A stretch of 63,185 nucleotides of DNA, filler included, from Octopus bimaculoides (Eukaryota): NCBI RefSeq assembly GCF_001194135.2. It is 5 parts of 5 records of this genome, joined end to end, with 100 filler letters (N's around TTAATTAATTAA, not from the genome) between each part and the next. Parts side by side here need not be neighbours in the genome. Positions count along the whole stretch, not along the records: positions 1 to 30,462 come from NC_068983.1; positions 30,563 to 45,668 come from NC_068997.1; 3 more parts are not named here. One strand, 5' to 3'. This document shows, in pieces, positions 29,428 to 40,500 of the stretch. A program made the translations under genes and the position numbers. Each line of letters begins with the position of its first letter. The stretch's first letter is position 1. The notes beneath the pieces were generated by a model that saw only the letters and a list, made by a program, of their open reading frames with translations, was not told the origin of the DNA and did no database searches.

Positions 29428-30398
29428 NNNNNNNNNNNNNNNNNNNNNNNNNNNNNNNNNNNNNNNNNNNNNNNNNNNNNNNNNNNNNNNNNNNNNNNNN
29501 NNNNNNNNNNNNNNNNNNNNNNNNNNNNNNNNNNNNNNNNNNNNNNNNNNNNNNNNNNNNNNNNNNNNNNNNNNNNNNNNNNNNNNNNNNNNNNNNNNNN
29601 NNNNNNNNNNNNNNNNNNNNNNNNNNNNNNNNNNNNNNNNNNNNNNNNNNNNNNNNNNNNNNNNNNNNNNNNNNNNNNNNNNNNNNNNNNNNNNNNNNNN
29701 NNNNNNNNNNNNNNNNNNNNNNNNNNNNNNNNNNNNNNNNNNNNNNNNNNNNNNNNNNNNNNNNNNNNNNNNNNNNNNNNNNNNNNNNNNNNNNNNNNNN
29801 NNNNNNNNNNNNNNNNNNNNNNNNNNNNNNNNNNNNNNNNNNNNNNNNNNNNNNNNNNNNNNNNNNNNNNNNNNNNNNNNNNNNNNNNNNNNNNNNNNNN
29901 NNNNNNNNNNNNNNNNNNNNNNNNNNNNNNNNNNNNNNNNNNNNNNNNNNNNNNNNNNNNNNNNNNNNNNNNNNNNNNNNNNNNNNNNNNNNNNNNNNNN
30001 NNNNNNNNNNNNNATATATATACATATATATATATAAACGTGTTGTAAGAGTCTGCAAGTGCAGGTGCGTATGTAACCAGTTATAAATGGCTGGATATAT
30101 CCATATTAAAGTGTACATGTGTATGTGTGTCTTTGCACATATGTGTATAATAAGTAGTTACATATTTGTGTATACGCATTTATGTGTCTTCTGTGTGCAT
30201 GCATTTACGCGTGTATGTATGTGTGTGTGTGTACGTGTGTGATGTACGTGTCTCTTTTTGTGGTGTGCGTGCGCGTACTGCGTCTAGAATATTTGAGTCC
30301 ATTTTTTTCTACATTGTAGAGAGGGACACACTTTCTAATGTATTTTCAGTAATGATCAGTCAATTATATATACATACATTTCTCTGTGCGCATGTATG

Positions 30399-30462
<64 letters not shown>

Positions 30463-30562
30463 NNNNNNNNNNNNNNNNNNNNNNNNNNNNNNNNNNNNNN
30501 NNNNNNTTAATTAATTAANNNNNNNNNNNNNNNNNNNNNNNNNNNNNNNNNNNNNNNNNNNN
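30463..30562. other. Artificial assembly join: 44 N + TTAATTAATTAA + 44 N
   Basis: Identical 100-bp structure occurs four times; the 12-mer gives stop codons in all six frames. Confidence 0.95.
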
Positions 30563-30609
30563 GATTAGGGATAAAAAACCAAATTTAGAGGTAAAAACTC
30601 AATTAAATT

Positions 30610-30800
30610 CAATTCATTAAAAATTAAAATTAAATTAAGTTTCACAGTATAAAATATAAATATATAGTTTTAGAGAAAAGAACCAAAGTTCATGAACTAA
30701 TCTATGAAAATCCACAGTCACATATCCAAAAATTAATAAGTATATGCACGATAAATAAGTATAACATAATACAAAATAAATATCAAAGATAATGATAATA
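30610..30800 (+). repeat. AT-rich repeat, inverted partner of 36215-36408
   Basis: About 190 bp align by eye at roughly 85% identity (taagtttcacagtataaaat...catgaac...atctatgaaaatccac.gtcacatat). Confidence 0.85.
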
Positions 30801-30804
30801 ATAA

Positions 30805-30965
30805 TGTGTGTGTGTGTATGTGTTTGTCCCTTAACCATCGCTAGACAACCGATCGTGGTGAGTTTACGTACCCGTAACTTAGCGGTTTGGCAATAAGTCT
30901 TAGGGTCGATTTCTTCGACAAAAGGTGGTGCTCCAGCATAGCCGCGGTCATATGACTGAAAAAAA
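30805..30965 (+). mobile_element. SINE family A 3' half
   Basis: ccatcgctagacaaccgat...aacttagcggtttggc...ggtgctccagcatagccgcggtcatatgactgaa. Confidence 0.8.
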
Positions 30966-32149
30966 ATAGAAGAAATTGAAAAATAAAATATATGTATGTA
31001 TATATATGTATGTGCGTGTATATAGCTATATCTACATATGTGTATGTGTGTTTGTGTGCGTGTGCTTGTGTATGGAGGTACATATGTATGTATATGTATT
31101 TGTGTATATGTATGCGCATATATACGTATATATGTGTGTGCATGCATGTATGTATATATATATATATATATATATATGTAGATATGTATACAAATACATC
31201 CGTACATACATGCAAGCACAGATACGTACATGCATGTATACATACATACATACAATCCTTATAATGCATTGCTGAATAGATGTGTAAGGGACGACCGTGC
31301 GAACTCAAAAAGGGAGAAATGGTGACGAATGGAAAAACAGAGGACTCCTTTTATTTAAACGTGTCACACGGTCGAACACACAATTATATATCGATGGATG
31401 ATATACATGATATGTTATGCGACGATAACATAGATGACCAGTAATGAAAGACCACAACCGTATTAGATGAATAACAGAGATATTTATTGTAGCGTTAAAG
31501 ATGTATGTCTGTGTGAGAGTGTGAATGCGACATATAATAACATAATCAAAGACAGGCCGTCATACAAAGAAAAGTGTGTATGTGAGTGATACATGTGTGT
31601 GTATGTGAGTTATTACAGCAAATAGAAAGAGAGTCAATAACACGTGAGCAATTATACCAGTNNNNNNNNNNNNNNNNNNNNNNNNNNNNNNNNNNNNNNN
31701 NNNNNNNNNNNNNNNNNNNNNNNNNNNNNNNNNNNNNNNNNNNNNNNNNNNNNNNNNNNNNNNNNNNNNNNNNNNNNNNNNNNNNNNNNNNNNNNNNNNN
31801 NNNNNNNNNNNNNNNNNNNNNNNNNNNNNNNNNNNNNNNNNNNNNNNNNNNNNNNNNNNNNNNNNNNNNNNNNNNNNNNNNNNNNNNNNNNNNNNNNNNN
31901 NNNNNNNNNNNNNNNNNNNNNNNNNNNNNNNNNNNNNNNNNNNNNNNNNNNNNNNNNNNNNNNNNNNNNNNNNNNNNNNNNNNNNNNNNNNNNNNNNNNN
32001 NNNNNNNNNNNNNNNNNNNNNNNNNNNNNNNNNNNNNNNNNNNNNNNNNNNNNNNNNNNNTCTGGTACACGGAACAGTTCTCAAAGAGAAACTGGACCGA
32101 GACAAATTATTGGGTATGAGTTGATCTATTTATAGCGTTAAGAGGGCTC

Positions 32150-32380
32150 CAAATGGCTTCAGAATTTTACTCTATCACGTGACCTTATTAGGGGCCGTGA
32201 TTGGCCAGTTTGCGTTCTGGCGGGAAAGGTTCGAAGAAGTTGCCGATTCGAATAATGATCAGTCACGTGATGACAAGGTTAATGTTTTCCCCTACGTTCG
32301 CGTTTGTTTATATTTAAATGAGAAGAATGGCGATAGCAGTTTTGTATCTAATGGCGATAGGTATTAGAGACGATAGGTAG
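32150..32380. promoter_or_regulatory. Promoter-like motif island
   Basis: TCACGTGA at 32175 and 32263, ATTGG (reverse CCAAT) at 32200, GGCGGGAAA (E2F-like) at 32219, AATGGC(G) (YY1-like) at 32152, 32326 and 32350, TATTTAAA at 32311; locally CpG-rich. Confidence 0.55.
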
Positions 32381-32445
32381 TTTCACTACAGATGTGTACT
32401 ACTATATCAAAGAATATAATGTTAGTTTAATGTCGTTTTATATGA

Positions 32446-33363
32446 CTAATTTATTTCAGTTAACTCGTGCGAGGGATGACCGTTAGATTTTGTATATTTC
32501 CTTGAATATAATGTTCGAATACTTTGTCTTATAGTGGCATCGAAAAGCCACAGAAACGGCAAAAGCAGGAAGACGACAACATTTATGACACGATGAATGT
32601 TGAATGACTTAGAAAGCATTCGTCCCAAAATCCCAATACCAAAAATATAGCTTGCAAGGTACAAAATTACAGTCACTATAGTAATAATTAGCAAAGTTAT
32701 CAATGGTGATTTCATCATTTCTTGGTCTCTACCCTTGATGGCAATGTAGATAAGCAGGCCTATAAATATTAAGATTGTAATCAACAACAAAAGTGCCAAT
32801 ATAAATTGAGCAATAGCGGCATTACTTTGAAATAGAAGAAAGCAATTATTTGTAGAAAAGTTGGAAAAAGCTAGAAAGAATACCAAACTTTTTATCCAAT
32901 TAAATATCCACAAAATCCCTATCAACACGGATTGGATAATTAGGAAAATTTGATTTTCATATTTCCTTGGCTTAAAATATTTCACGATAAACTCGCAGCA
33001 AAGAGGTATAATGAAATACTTATCACCATCGTTAACAGCATAAAGAAATATGTTGATAAATAAGCAGTGATATTTTGGCAAATCTCGAACTATATAGACA
33101 TGCAAACCCTTGAAATAAATTACTAAAGCAATGAGTACATAATTCAGCATATAGTTTAGAAGTGACAAAGAACGCGTTTTCCCATGAGTGTTACGATCTA
33201 AGAAAATGGTGACCATTAGAAATAGGTTGAACAGGACAACTATGATAATAGATATACAGAAGAATATATTCAACCGTCCAGCTGCATCATTTCCGAAGAC
33301 TGAAACTTTGTAGTCGTAGTCGTAATTGTAGGTGTAATCAGTCGTCATTTGAATATCTTCCAT
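32446..33363 (-). CDS. Orphan divergent class A (rhodopsin-like) 7TM GPCR, 305 aa, single coding exon
   Basis: Uninterrupted 918-bp ORF of non-repetitive sequence with seven hydrophobic segments. N1.50 (FNLFL), C3.25 (YHCLF) with ECL2 Cys (NNCFL), TM3 end CCEFIVKYFKP, W4.50 (ILWIF), TM7 LPFLW plus helix 8 (IRQSIRTLY). Kozak-like aagATGG. Confidence 0.85.
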   Translation of the reverse strand: MEDIQMTTDYTYNYDYDYKVSVFGNDAAGRLNIFFCISIIIVVLFNLFLMVTIFLDRNTHGKTRSLSLLNYMLNYVLIALVIYFKGLHVYIVRDLPKYHCLFINIFLYAVNDGDKYFIIPLCCEFIVKYFKPRKYENQIFLIIQSVLIGILWIFNWIKSLVFFLAFSNFSTNNCFLLFQSNAAIAQFILALLLLITILIFIGLLIYIAIKGRDQEMMKSPLITLLIITIVTVILYLASYIFGIGILGRMLSKSFNIHRVINVVVFLLLPFLWLFDATIRQSIRTLYSRKYTKSNGHPSHELTEIN

Positions 33364-33396
33364 CTTGCTTTTTGGATAGTTAAAATCGTCTCAATT

Positions 33397-33420
33397 CTGA
33401 AATGTAGACAATGAAAGAAA
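33397..33420 (-). promoter_or_regulatory. Splice acceptor 33 nt upstream of the GPCR ATG (implies an upstream non-coding exon)
   Basis: Minus strand reads tttctttcattgtctacatttcAG|aattgagacg...gcaagATG. Confidence 0.65.
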
Positions 33421-33461
33421 TGAAGATACCAACGAGTGTCAATTCTATATCTTTATACACT

Positions 33462-33595
33462 TACAATGATAATTGAATTATTATAATAATTATTTACAAT
33501 GATAGTTGAATTATAATAATAATTATTTACAATGGTAATTGAATTATGATAATTATTATTTACAATGATATTGAATTATTATAATAATTATTTAA
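33462..33595. repeat. About 33-bp AT-rich minisatellite, 4 units
   Basis: tacaatgataattgaattattataataattatt repeated. Confidence 0.85.
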
Positions 33596-33714
33596 TAGAG
33601 TAAAATATTGAGAGACATTAATTGACAAGAGTTGTAGACGTGTTACTATAACTTGAAGAGACTGATAAAATTTTTACGGCACAATTTCTAGTCTCGCATG
33701 AAGAATGAAAAAAA

Positions 33715-34035
33715 AAGTGCATCAGAGGAACGATGCATATCCTGCGCGCACACAAGCATAAAATTAAATTTAATTTAATGAATATATTCTATGACAAATT
33801 CGTATTTCAATAAAATGACATCAAGATTTATTTCCCCTGCTTATCGTTTATGCATATGTAACTAAGAAAAAAAAAACATTTTGATTCACTCTTCCGCCAA
33901 TTTTGAAGATAATCACACCAAAATTTAACTAATCAATTGAGTATTTCTGCCAAATTTGGTAAAAATCCGTTCAGTCATTTTCCAGTACGAACGACTACAA
34001 TAACCTTGCTTCGCTTACGAGCGCAGGCTTAAAAA
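33715..34035 (+). mobile_element. Helentron/DINE-like non-autonomous element
   Basis: 5' hairpin tgcatc..gatgca; subterminal inverted pair cctgcgc (33741) / gcgcagg (34021); 3' hairpin then an A-run. Confidence 0.5.
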
Positions 34036-34877
34036 CTAAATTGTTTGGTGTGCCTCTGACTTTCAGGAAATTAGTCAAGATAATACAAGTAGAACGAGAA
34101 AGTTCTTGACTAAGTACAATTTAGAAAGCAAATATTTTCACCATATGCACATCTAAAAACTTTTCCAAGGTTGAATTTAACAATGTAGGAGTAAAAGCCA
34201 CCGCTATTCTAAAACAGGCAATGAACTGGTGCCACCAGAAGATCTTTTGAACACAGTAAGAAACTTCATACAAGGTTTCAAATATCTTTAAGTAAAAATT
34301 AATCCTTATGTGCATTAGTTTTTGTAAGAAAAGCATGTATTGTTGGAGAAAGATTTCGGGGATGCAAACATACGAACACCGGTTGTCAAGTGGTGGCGGG
34401 GGTAAACGTAGACAGAAAGACACACACACATAGATACCTACCGTCCTACCCCACCAACCTACCTACCTACCTACCTACCTACCTGTCTGTCTGTCTGTCT
34501 GTCTGCCTGCCTGCCTGCCTGTCTGCCAGCCTACCTACCTACCTATCTACCTACCTGCCTACCTACCTACCTACATACATACATATATGTATGTATGTAT
34601 GTATGTATGTATATATATNNNNNNNNNNNNNNNNNNNNNNNNNNNNNNNNNNNNNNNNNNNNNNNNNNNNNNNNNATATATATATATTTGATATATATGT
34701 ATTTATTTTCTCTTAGTTAACAATTAACTCCGACAAAAGAAATTGGTTAATAGATACCAGGGTAGCAAAGATCACAAAATGACTGTGGTGTAACTCCTGT
34801 TTACGAGGTAGAGACTCCCTGTTAATTTGTGGTATTTAATAAATGGAGTATTACGCATATGTTAAATGAATTCTTTT

Positions 34878-34967
34878 ATTTTCGACATATGTTTCGAAGA
34901 TTACAAGTGGTGTCTTCCAAAAGAATGAGTGATGTTGATAAAGATGTAATCTTCTCTTCAGGGAAAT
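34878..34967 (-). ncRNA. Type I hammerhead ribozyme (Penelope-like, palindromic stem III)
   Basis: Minus strand: auuucc-CUGAAGA-gaagauuaca(39-nt loop)uguaaucuuc-GAAA-cauau-GUC^gaaaau. Complete core, 10-bp perfect stem II, stem III ACAUAUGU, stem I 5/6 bp with one C.A mismatch. Confidence 0.8.
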
Positions 34968-35326
34968 TCATAAGAGCCGACTTAACCGTAAGACATTTTT
35001 ACTGAATATGATAACTGCGGGTGGAGAAAATTGCTACATATCTTATTTGAAAAAACCGTTGGAATTTGCAACGCTACGAGACAGTATGTTGGACAAGGAG
35101 GGAAGAAAAGAAGGAAAAGAAGAAAATTAGANNNNNNNNNNAGACAGTATGTTGGACAAGGAGGGAAGAAAAGAAGGAAAAGAAGAAAATTAGAATTTAG
35201 AATGGGAAGTCAATAAAATGATTTAAAACCAGATTAAAAATGGGAGAAAAGTGTTTTATGTATAATTGGACCGCAAGGGGGAAATAATCTTGTATTTATA
35301 TATGTAGTGTTGACATGAATGCATAT

Positions 35327-35467
<141 letters not shown>

Positions 35468-36214
35468 CTTATATACATATATACATATACATACACATAC
35501 ACACACATACATACACATGCATATATGTTCACACAAACACACGATAGACGTGTGGTGATAAAGGTAAAGGTCATGTTATATATATATAGGAGAATGATGC
35601 TTGTATGAACTAGTAATATATTAAGTATATGACAATATATAAAGGTGATGGATGGTCTATTGATCTAAAGAGAGAGAGATTGTGTTGTTAAGTGAAATGG
35701 AAATCAGAGGCGGAAAAAATAAGGGATTAATGGAGTAAAAATTACTTGTTTAAACTAAGTTAATATCATTACCAAAGTTTATTTCGATATTCACGCTCTA
35801 TATTTGTTGATACAAGGATTTACCAATAAATATAGTGAAGGGATCTATTTTGTACGGAGCAGTATTTTATACGTAATTAAAGTAGGGAGAAGAAAATATT
35901 TATATGTTCTGAATTCATCTTGCGATAAACATAAACAAACAAACTAAGATTGCTTTCAGAAGCTTTGATATGTCTTAAAAAGTTAAAGAAGACATTTAAA
36001 ATTCTCAGACGCAGAATAATGCCAATAACATAGCCTAAACATTATTTATTGTTGGTTGATATATACATTCATTTATTATTATTATTGTTGTATTTTGACC
36101 TGAAGATTAGCTATATGTTTGAACAGAATTGATTTTTGATAGTTTTAATCGATTTTAATCTATTTAAATTTCCTTTCTATTTGAAAATTAGTTATGAAAC
36201 ACGTGTAGTCATTT

Positions 36215-36408
36215 TACTATCTTTATCTTATGATATTTACTTTGTATTATATTATACTTATTTATTGTGCTTTTACTTATTATTTTTTCTATATGTGACA
36301 GTGGATTTTCATAGATGAATTCATGAACCTTGGTTCTTTTCCCTAAAACTATATATTTATATATATTTTATACTGTGAAACTTAATTTAATTTGATTTTT
36401 AATAAATT
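36215..36408 (-). repeat. AT-rich repeat, inverted partner of 30610-30800
   Basis: See 30610-30800; runs into the gap. Confidence 0.85.
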
Positions 36409-36942
36409 NNNNNNNNNNNNNNNNNNNNNNNNNNNNNNNNNNNNNNNNNNNNNNNNNNNNNNNNNNNNNNNNNNNNNNNNNNNNNNNNNNNNNNNNNNNN
36501 NNNNNNNNNNNNNNNNNNNNNNNNNNNNNNNNNNNNNNNNNNNNNNNNNNNNNNNNNNNNNNNNNNNNNNNNNNNNNNNNNNNNNNNNNNNNNNNNNNNN
36601 NNNNNNNNNNNNNNNNNNNNNNNNNNNNNNNNNNNNNNNNNNNNNNNNNNNNNNNNNNNNNNNNNNNNNNNNNNNNNNNNNNNNNNNNNNNNNNNNNNNN
36701 NNNNNNNNNNNNNNNNNNNNNNNNNNNNNNNNNNNNNNNNNNNNNNNNNNNNNNNNNNNNNNNNNNNNNNNNNNNNNNNNNNNNNNNNNNNNNNNNNNNN
36801 NNNNNNNNNNNNNNNNNNNNNNNNNNNNNNNNNNNNNNNNNNNNNNNNNNNNNNNNNNNNNNNNNNNNNNNNNNNNNNNNNNNNNNNNNNNNNNNNNNNN
36901 NNNNNNNNNNNNNNNNNNNNNNNNNNNNNNNNNNNNNNNNNN

Positions 36943-38344
36943 TGAGGGCTATTATAGAGGTTGTTAAAAGTCCTTAAAGATCTAGTTTATTATTTAGTAC
37001 ATTTTCACTATTTGAACTCCTTAAAATTTCAAATAGCCCCACGCAGCAAAGCCTACATCCGTATCTATCGTTTAAGTAGGGTTTAGCGACCCTAATGATG
37101 TCCCAACGCAAATCAAATTTAACATTGTCGTCCTTGAGCTCCCAAATCTTCGTGGCTAGAGACGCCCTGCTAGCCCTTTGTCTTAATTTGTCTTAATTTG
37201 AAAGATGATTAGTGGTAGCGTAAGCAACCCTTGAGATTTACGGAGCAGATGATATGAGTATAAATATTGGTCTCCGTTACAATATCACATTTATAAACCA
37301 CATTTTCTGCTAAGCATCGATCAGAAGTCGGACAAGATGTTTTGTTTAAACAATTGCACCTTGAAATTTATCTTTACGGGCACGTGATCCATCGTTATAA
37401 TTGCGTAATAGTTCAAGCTCGCGAGAGTTACTGGTGTTCGCATGGTGGATGCTGAGGTTTATATTACTATGATCAATATTATTACGATTATAATTAGTTG
37501 CTGAATCCGGGATCGGAGACTTGGTACTGGGCGTTGACGTTAGAGATTTGGCTTTCAGATAGTGACACGAGAGGGTCGAAGATGGGTGGTATAATGGAAA
37601 GGTTTCCAGCACAGTTGTTAGAGTTGTTGGAGAGAGTGTTGTGGGGAGCGGTATTGTGTGAGCTGAAGCTAGTCGATTCCGTACCGCTGGTACTATTGGT
37701 AGTTGCAGCAAAGATGGTATGGCAGCTAATACCTACTTGTGGTGGGCTGACTGTTGTCAGTATCATAATATCTCTACAGACTGACATTACTAACTCGCTG
37801 TTGGTATTGTTGTTTACAGTATTAGTGTCGGTAGAGATAGTGGTGACAGTAGGAATATTAATATTTTTATCATTATTACTGTTTTTCCTACTGCGACTTT
37901 TATTGGGAGCGGTGCTGTTTCTTATTCAGGACAGGTATGATTGCATCTAGATTCGGAAGTGTTGAATAGGAAACCCTAACATTTCTACGGGAGAATATTC
38001 GGTAATACTTGTGTGAGCTGTGTGTGTGGCGGGGGAGAAGTTGCGTTTTAGTATACTAAATAATTTTCTACTTATATTAGTATCTATTACATAATTGAAG
38101 GGAGGGTTAAAACCATGCTACATCACGTTTCTTCCTGTTTTTACCTTTGTATACTCTATGCTTCCTATCCCCATAATTAGATTTGGGTTTGAGTGAAGAA
38201 CTTTTGTTTTTATCTTTATCTTCATTTTTATTTGCCTTGTTGCCGATATGGTCGCAGTCCATATTTGTAACATAGTTATTAATTGCCCTGTTAGCCTTTA
38301 CTTGTGGTGCATATTCTCGGACAGCATGGACTACCCAGTCAAAC

Positions 38345-38429
<85 letters not shown>

Positions 38430-40500
38430 GTGAGGGAGCAGCGCATGCCATGAAAGTGACACTGGAGTAAAGTATACAAAGCCCATTATACTCACCTTGA
38501 CTACCCTTCTGATAAGGGTACACCAGGCACATGCATCACAACCATATGTGCGTGACATGGTGATCTCATCTGAAGATAAACAGCGCGTGACCTTGCAGGT
38601 GGGGCCCAGTTAGAATTTTCTTCAGGTCGAGTAGCCCATCCCGCTCAAAAATTCCCTGAATAAGGTTTGTTTAAGGATGATGAACAAAACAGCCATGTTT
38701 CCAGAGGTGAATTATCCAAACCCCAAAGAATTCCGCTCAACACATGGCCATGATGCTCCCCCACTACTTCTGCTCATGATCAGAGAATCACATATCGTCA
38801 GCCACTAAGGAAATGCTCAACTTGTTAAGGTCAAGCACCTTACAAGCAAATCTGTGGTATTGAGCAGAATTTTTGTTGTGGCCCATCTTTTATACCAAGA
38901 CAAAACAATATACATGATAACGCTTCCACTCGGTTAATATCAAAAGCTATGAGAGCCATTGCCTGTATTGCATCAAGGCATTTATTGTTATTATTATTAT
39001 TATTATTGTTATTATTATTAATTATTAAAAAGATTTAATAACACAACAGGTGGGTGATTGAAGAATTTGCTCACATATCTAGTGACTTCATCTAGCTTCT
39101 GTAGGGAGAGTATAGTCCTGATTTTAGGTTTAATGAGACATCTAAGAAGTTAACAACATTAGTCCCTAGTTCAAAAGTTAATTCGAGGTTAAAGTTACGG
39201 AAGAATTTCCTAAATTTTTGCGAGTTCTTTCAAGTAGATATTTGCTATTAGTGGGTATGACAAAGAAAACGTCGTCCCTATATAGACCACCACGAAGATC
39301 CGGGAGTTCATTAGCCGCCCAATTCAAAAGGTAGATTCGTACAATGTCGGTAACCTGTGCCGAGTCAGTCGACCCTTTGGCTATACCATAATTGTCAGGG
39401 GTATTGCTTTTCGTCCATAGTTTATCTTCAAATTCGATTAAAGTTCTTCTAGTTGATAAAATAATTTCAATCTTATCTTTAGCAATGGGTGTGGCATTTC
39501 TAGCAAAATTTAGGGTTTTATTTAGGCGTATGGGGGATATACTCGAATAGTATGCATTAGTATCAAATTGAAGGAACGAGTACTAGCTTCTATTCTGTAA
39601 TGATGTAAACCAGGTTAATACATCCTTGATGCTAGACCATAAATTTTAATAAAGTCTAATTTTAGGAGTAAGTTCAGGTATGATCTTATTAAGCCGACTG
39701 ATATCCGATCTGGTTGGGCAAGTGTGTCTAGCAGAAGGTTTATCGTGGAAGCATTCTTCGTGGTCTTTCAGAGTAATCCGAGGTTCGCAGGGTGTGATGG
39801 GTCCAGTTCTATCAGATAGATTAAGGTGCTCCATGATTTTCTCCACCTTCAAGTTAATCGTTTTTAAGGTTCTGTCGTTCGTAACTTTGTACTTAGCCTT
39901 TAGCTCCTTGAGTATGAGGGTTCTATATGTGTTATAATCTATCTTGTATAAGTTTCCAGTTTTGTCTGACGGTACAATCAATCTAGGTTCGAATTTTAGG
40001 CTTTTGGTAAATTCCCTGAGTTTTTTGGTATGGGCTATTTCTAAAGGGGTGGTTCCTACATTTGACATTATAAATCATCTTGAAGATGTCATTTTCGAAT
40101 CCTTCTAGCAGTGATTGGGTAGTGATTTTTTTCTCCTATCGAATATCCTATTCAATTTGCTGTCGTTGTGACATTCTCTGTAGGTAATAGTTTTTGCTTT
40201 ATACTTAAGTTCCCTATGGTATGCCTTCCATCTTATTCTACGCACAAATTCATTGGTTCTATGTATTAGTAGGCCCATGTACAAGTCTGGCTGTGGATGG
40301 GGATATCCTTCATTGAAAAATTGACTAAGATCTTACTCGTTTCGCTGAAAATTCAAGTACTGTGAGCGTCGTTATATTGGTTGTGAGACGTATCAGATAA
40401 ATAGTAAAATAAGGATTCAGGTAAAATCAGGTACTTGAAAAGGTATGCACCAAATAGGATTGAGTAGTCTCTGTAGACAATAGTCGCGGTAAGAGGCCTA
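36943..40500 (-). mobile_element. Near full-length degenerate Penelope-like retroelement (RT + GIY-YIG)
   Basis: EFVRRIRWKAY; SDKTGNLYK...ITLKDH; GSTDSAQVTDIV; LYRDDV; RKKRDVAWF.PPF...RNVRVSYSTLPNL; LRWDIIRVAKPY...CRLC. Confidence 0.85.
38430..38985. repeat. Unclassified interspersed repeat flanked by (TTA)n, splitting the Penelope ORF
   Basis: Complex 550-bp block between TTA tracts; Penelope reading frames continue on both sides. Confidence 0.6.

Noticed and set aside
35079-35193. About 53-bp direct repeat around a 10-N gap
   Set aside because: Typical unmerged contig overlap (assembly artefact)
36098-36130. CTGAAGA-t-tagc-tatat-gttt-GAAC hammerhead-like motif
   Set aside because: Stem II is broken and GAAA is mutated; vestigial at best
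37498-37950. 150-aa hydrophobic ORF on the plus strand
   Set aside because: Antisense shadow of the Penelope low-complexity linker
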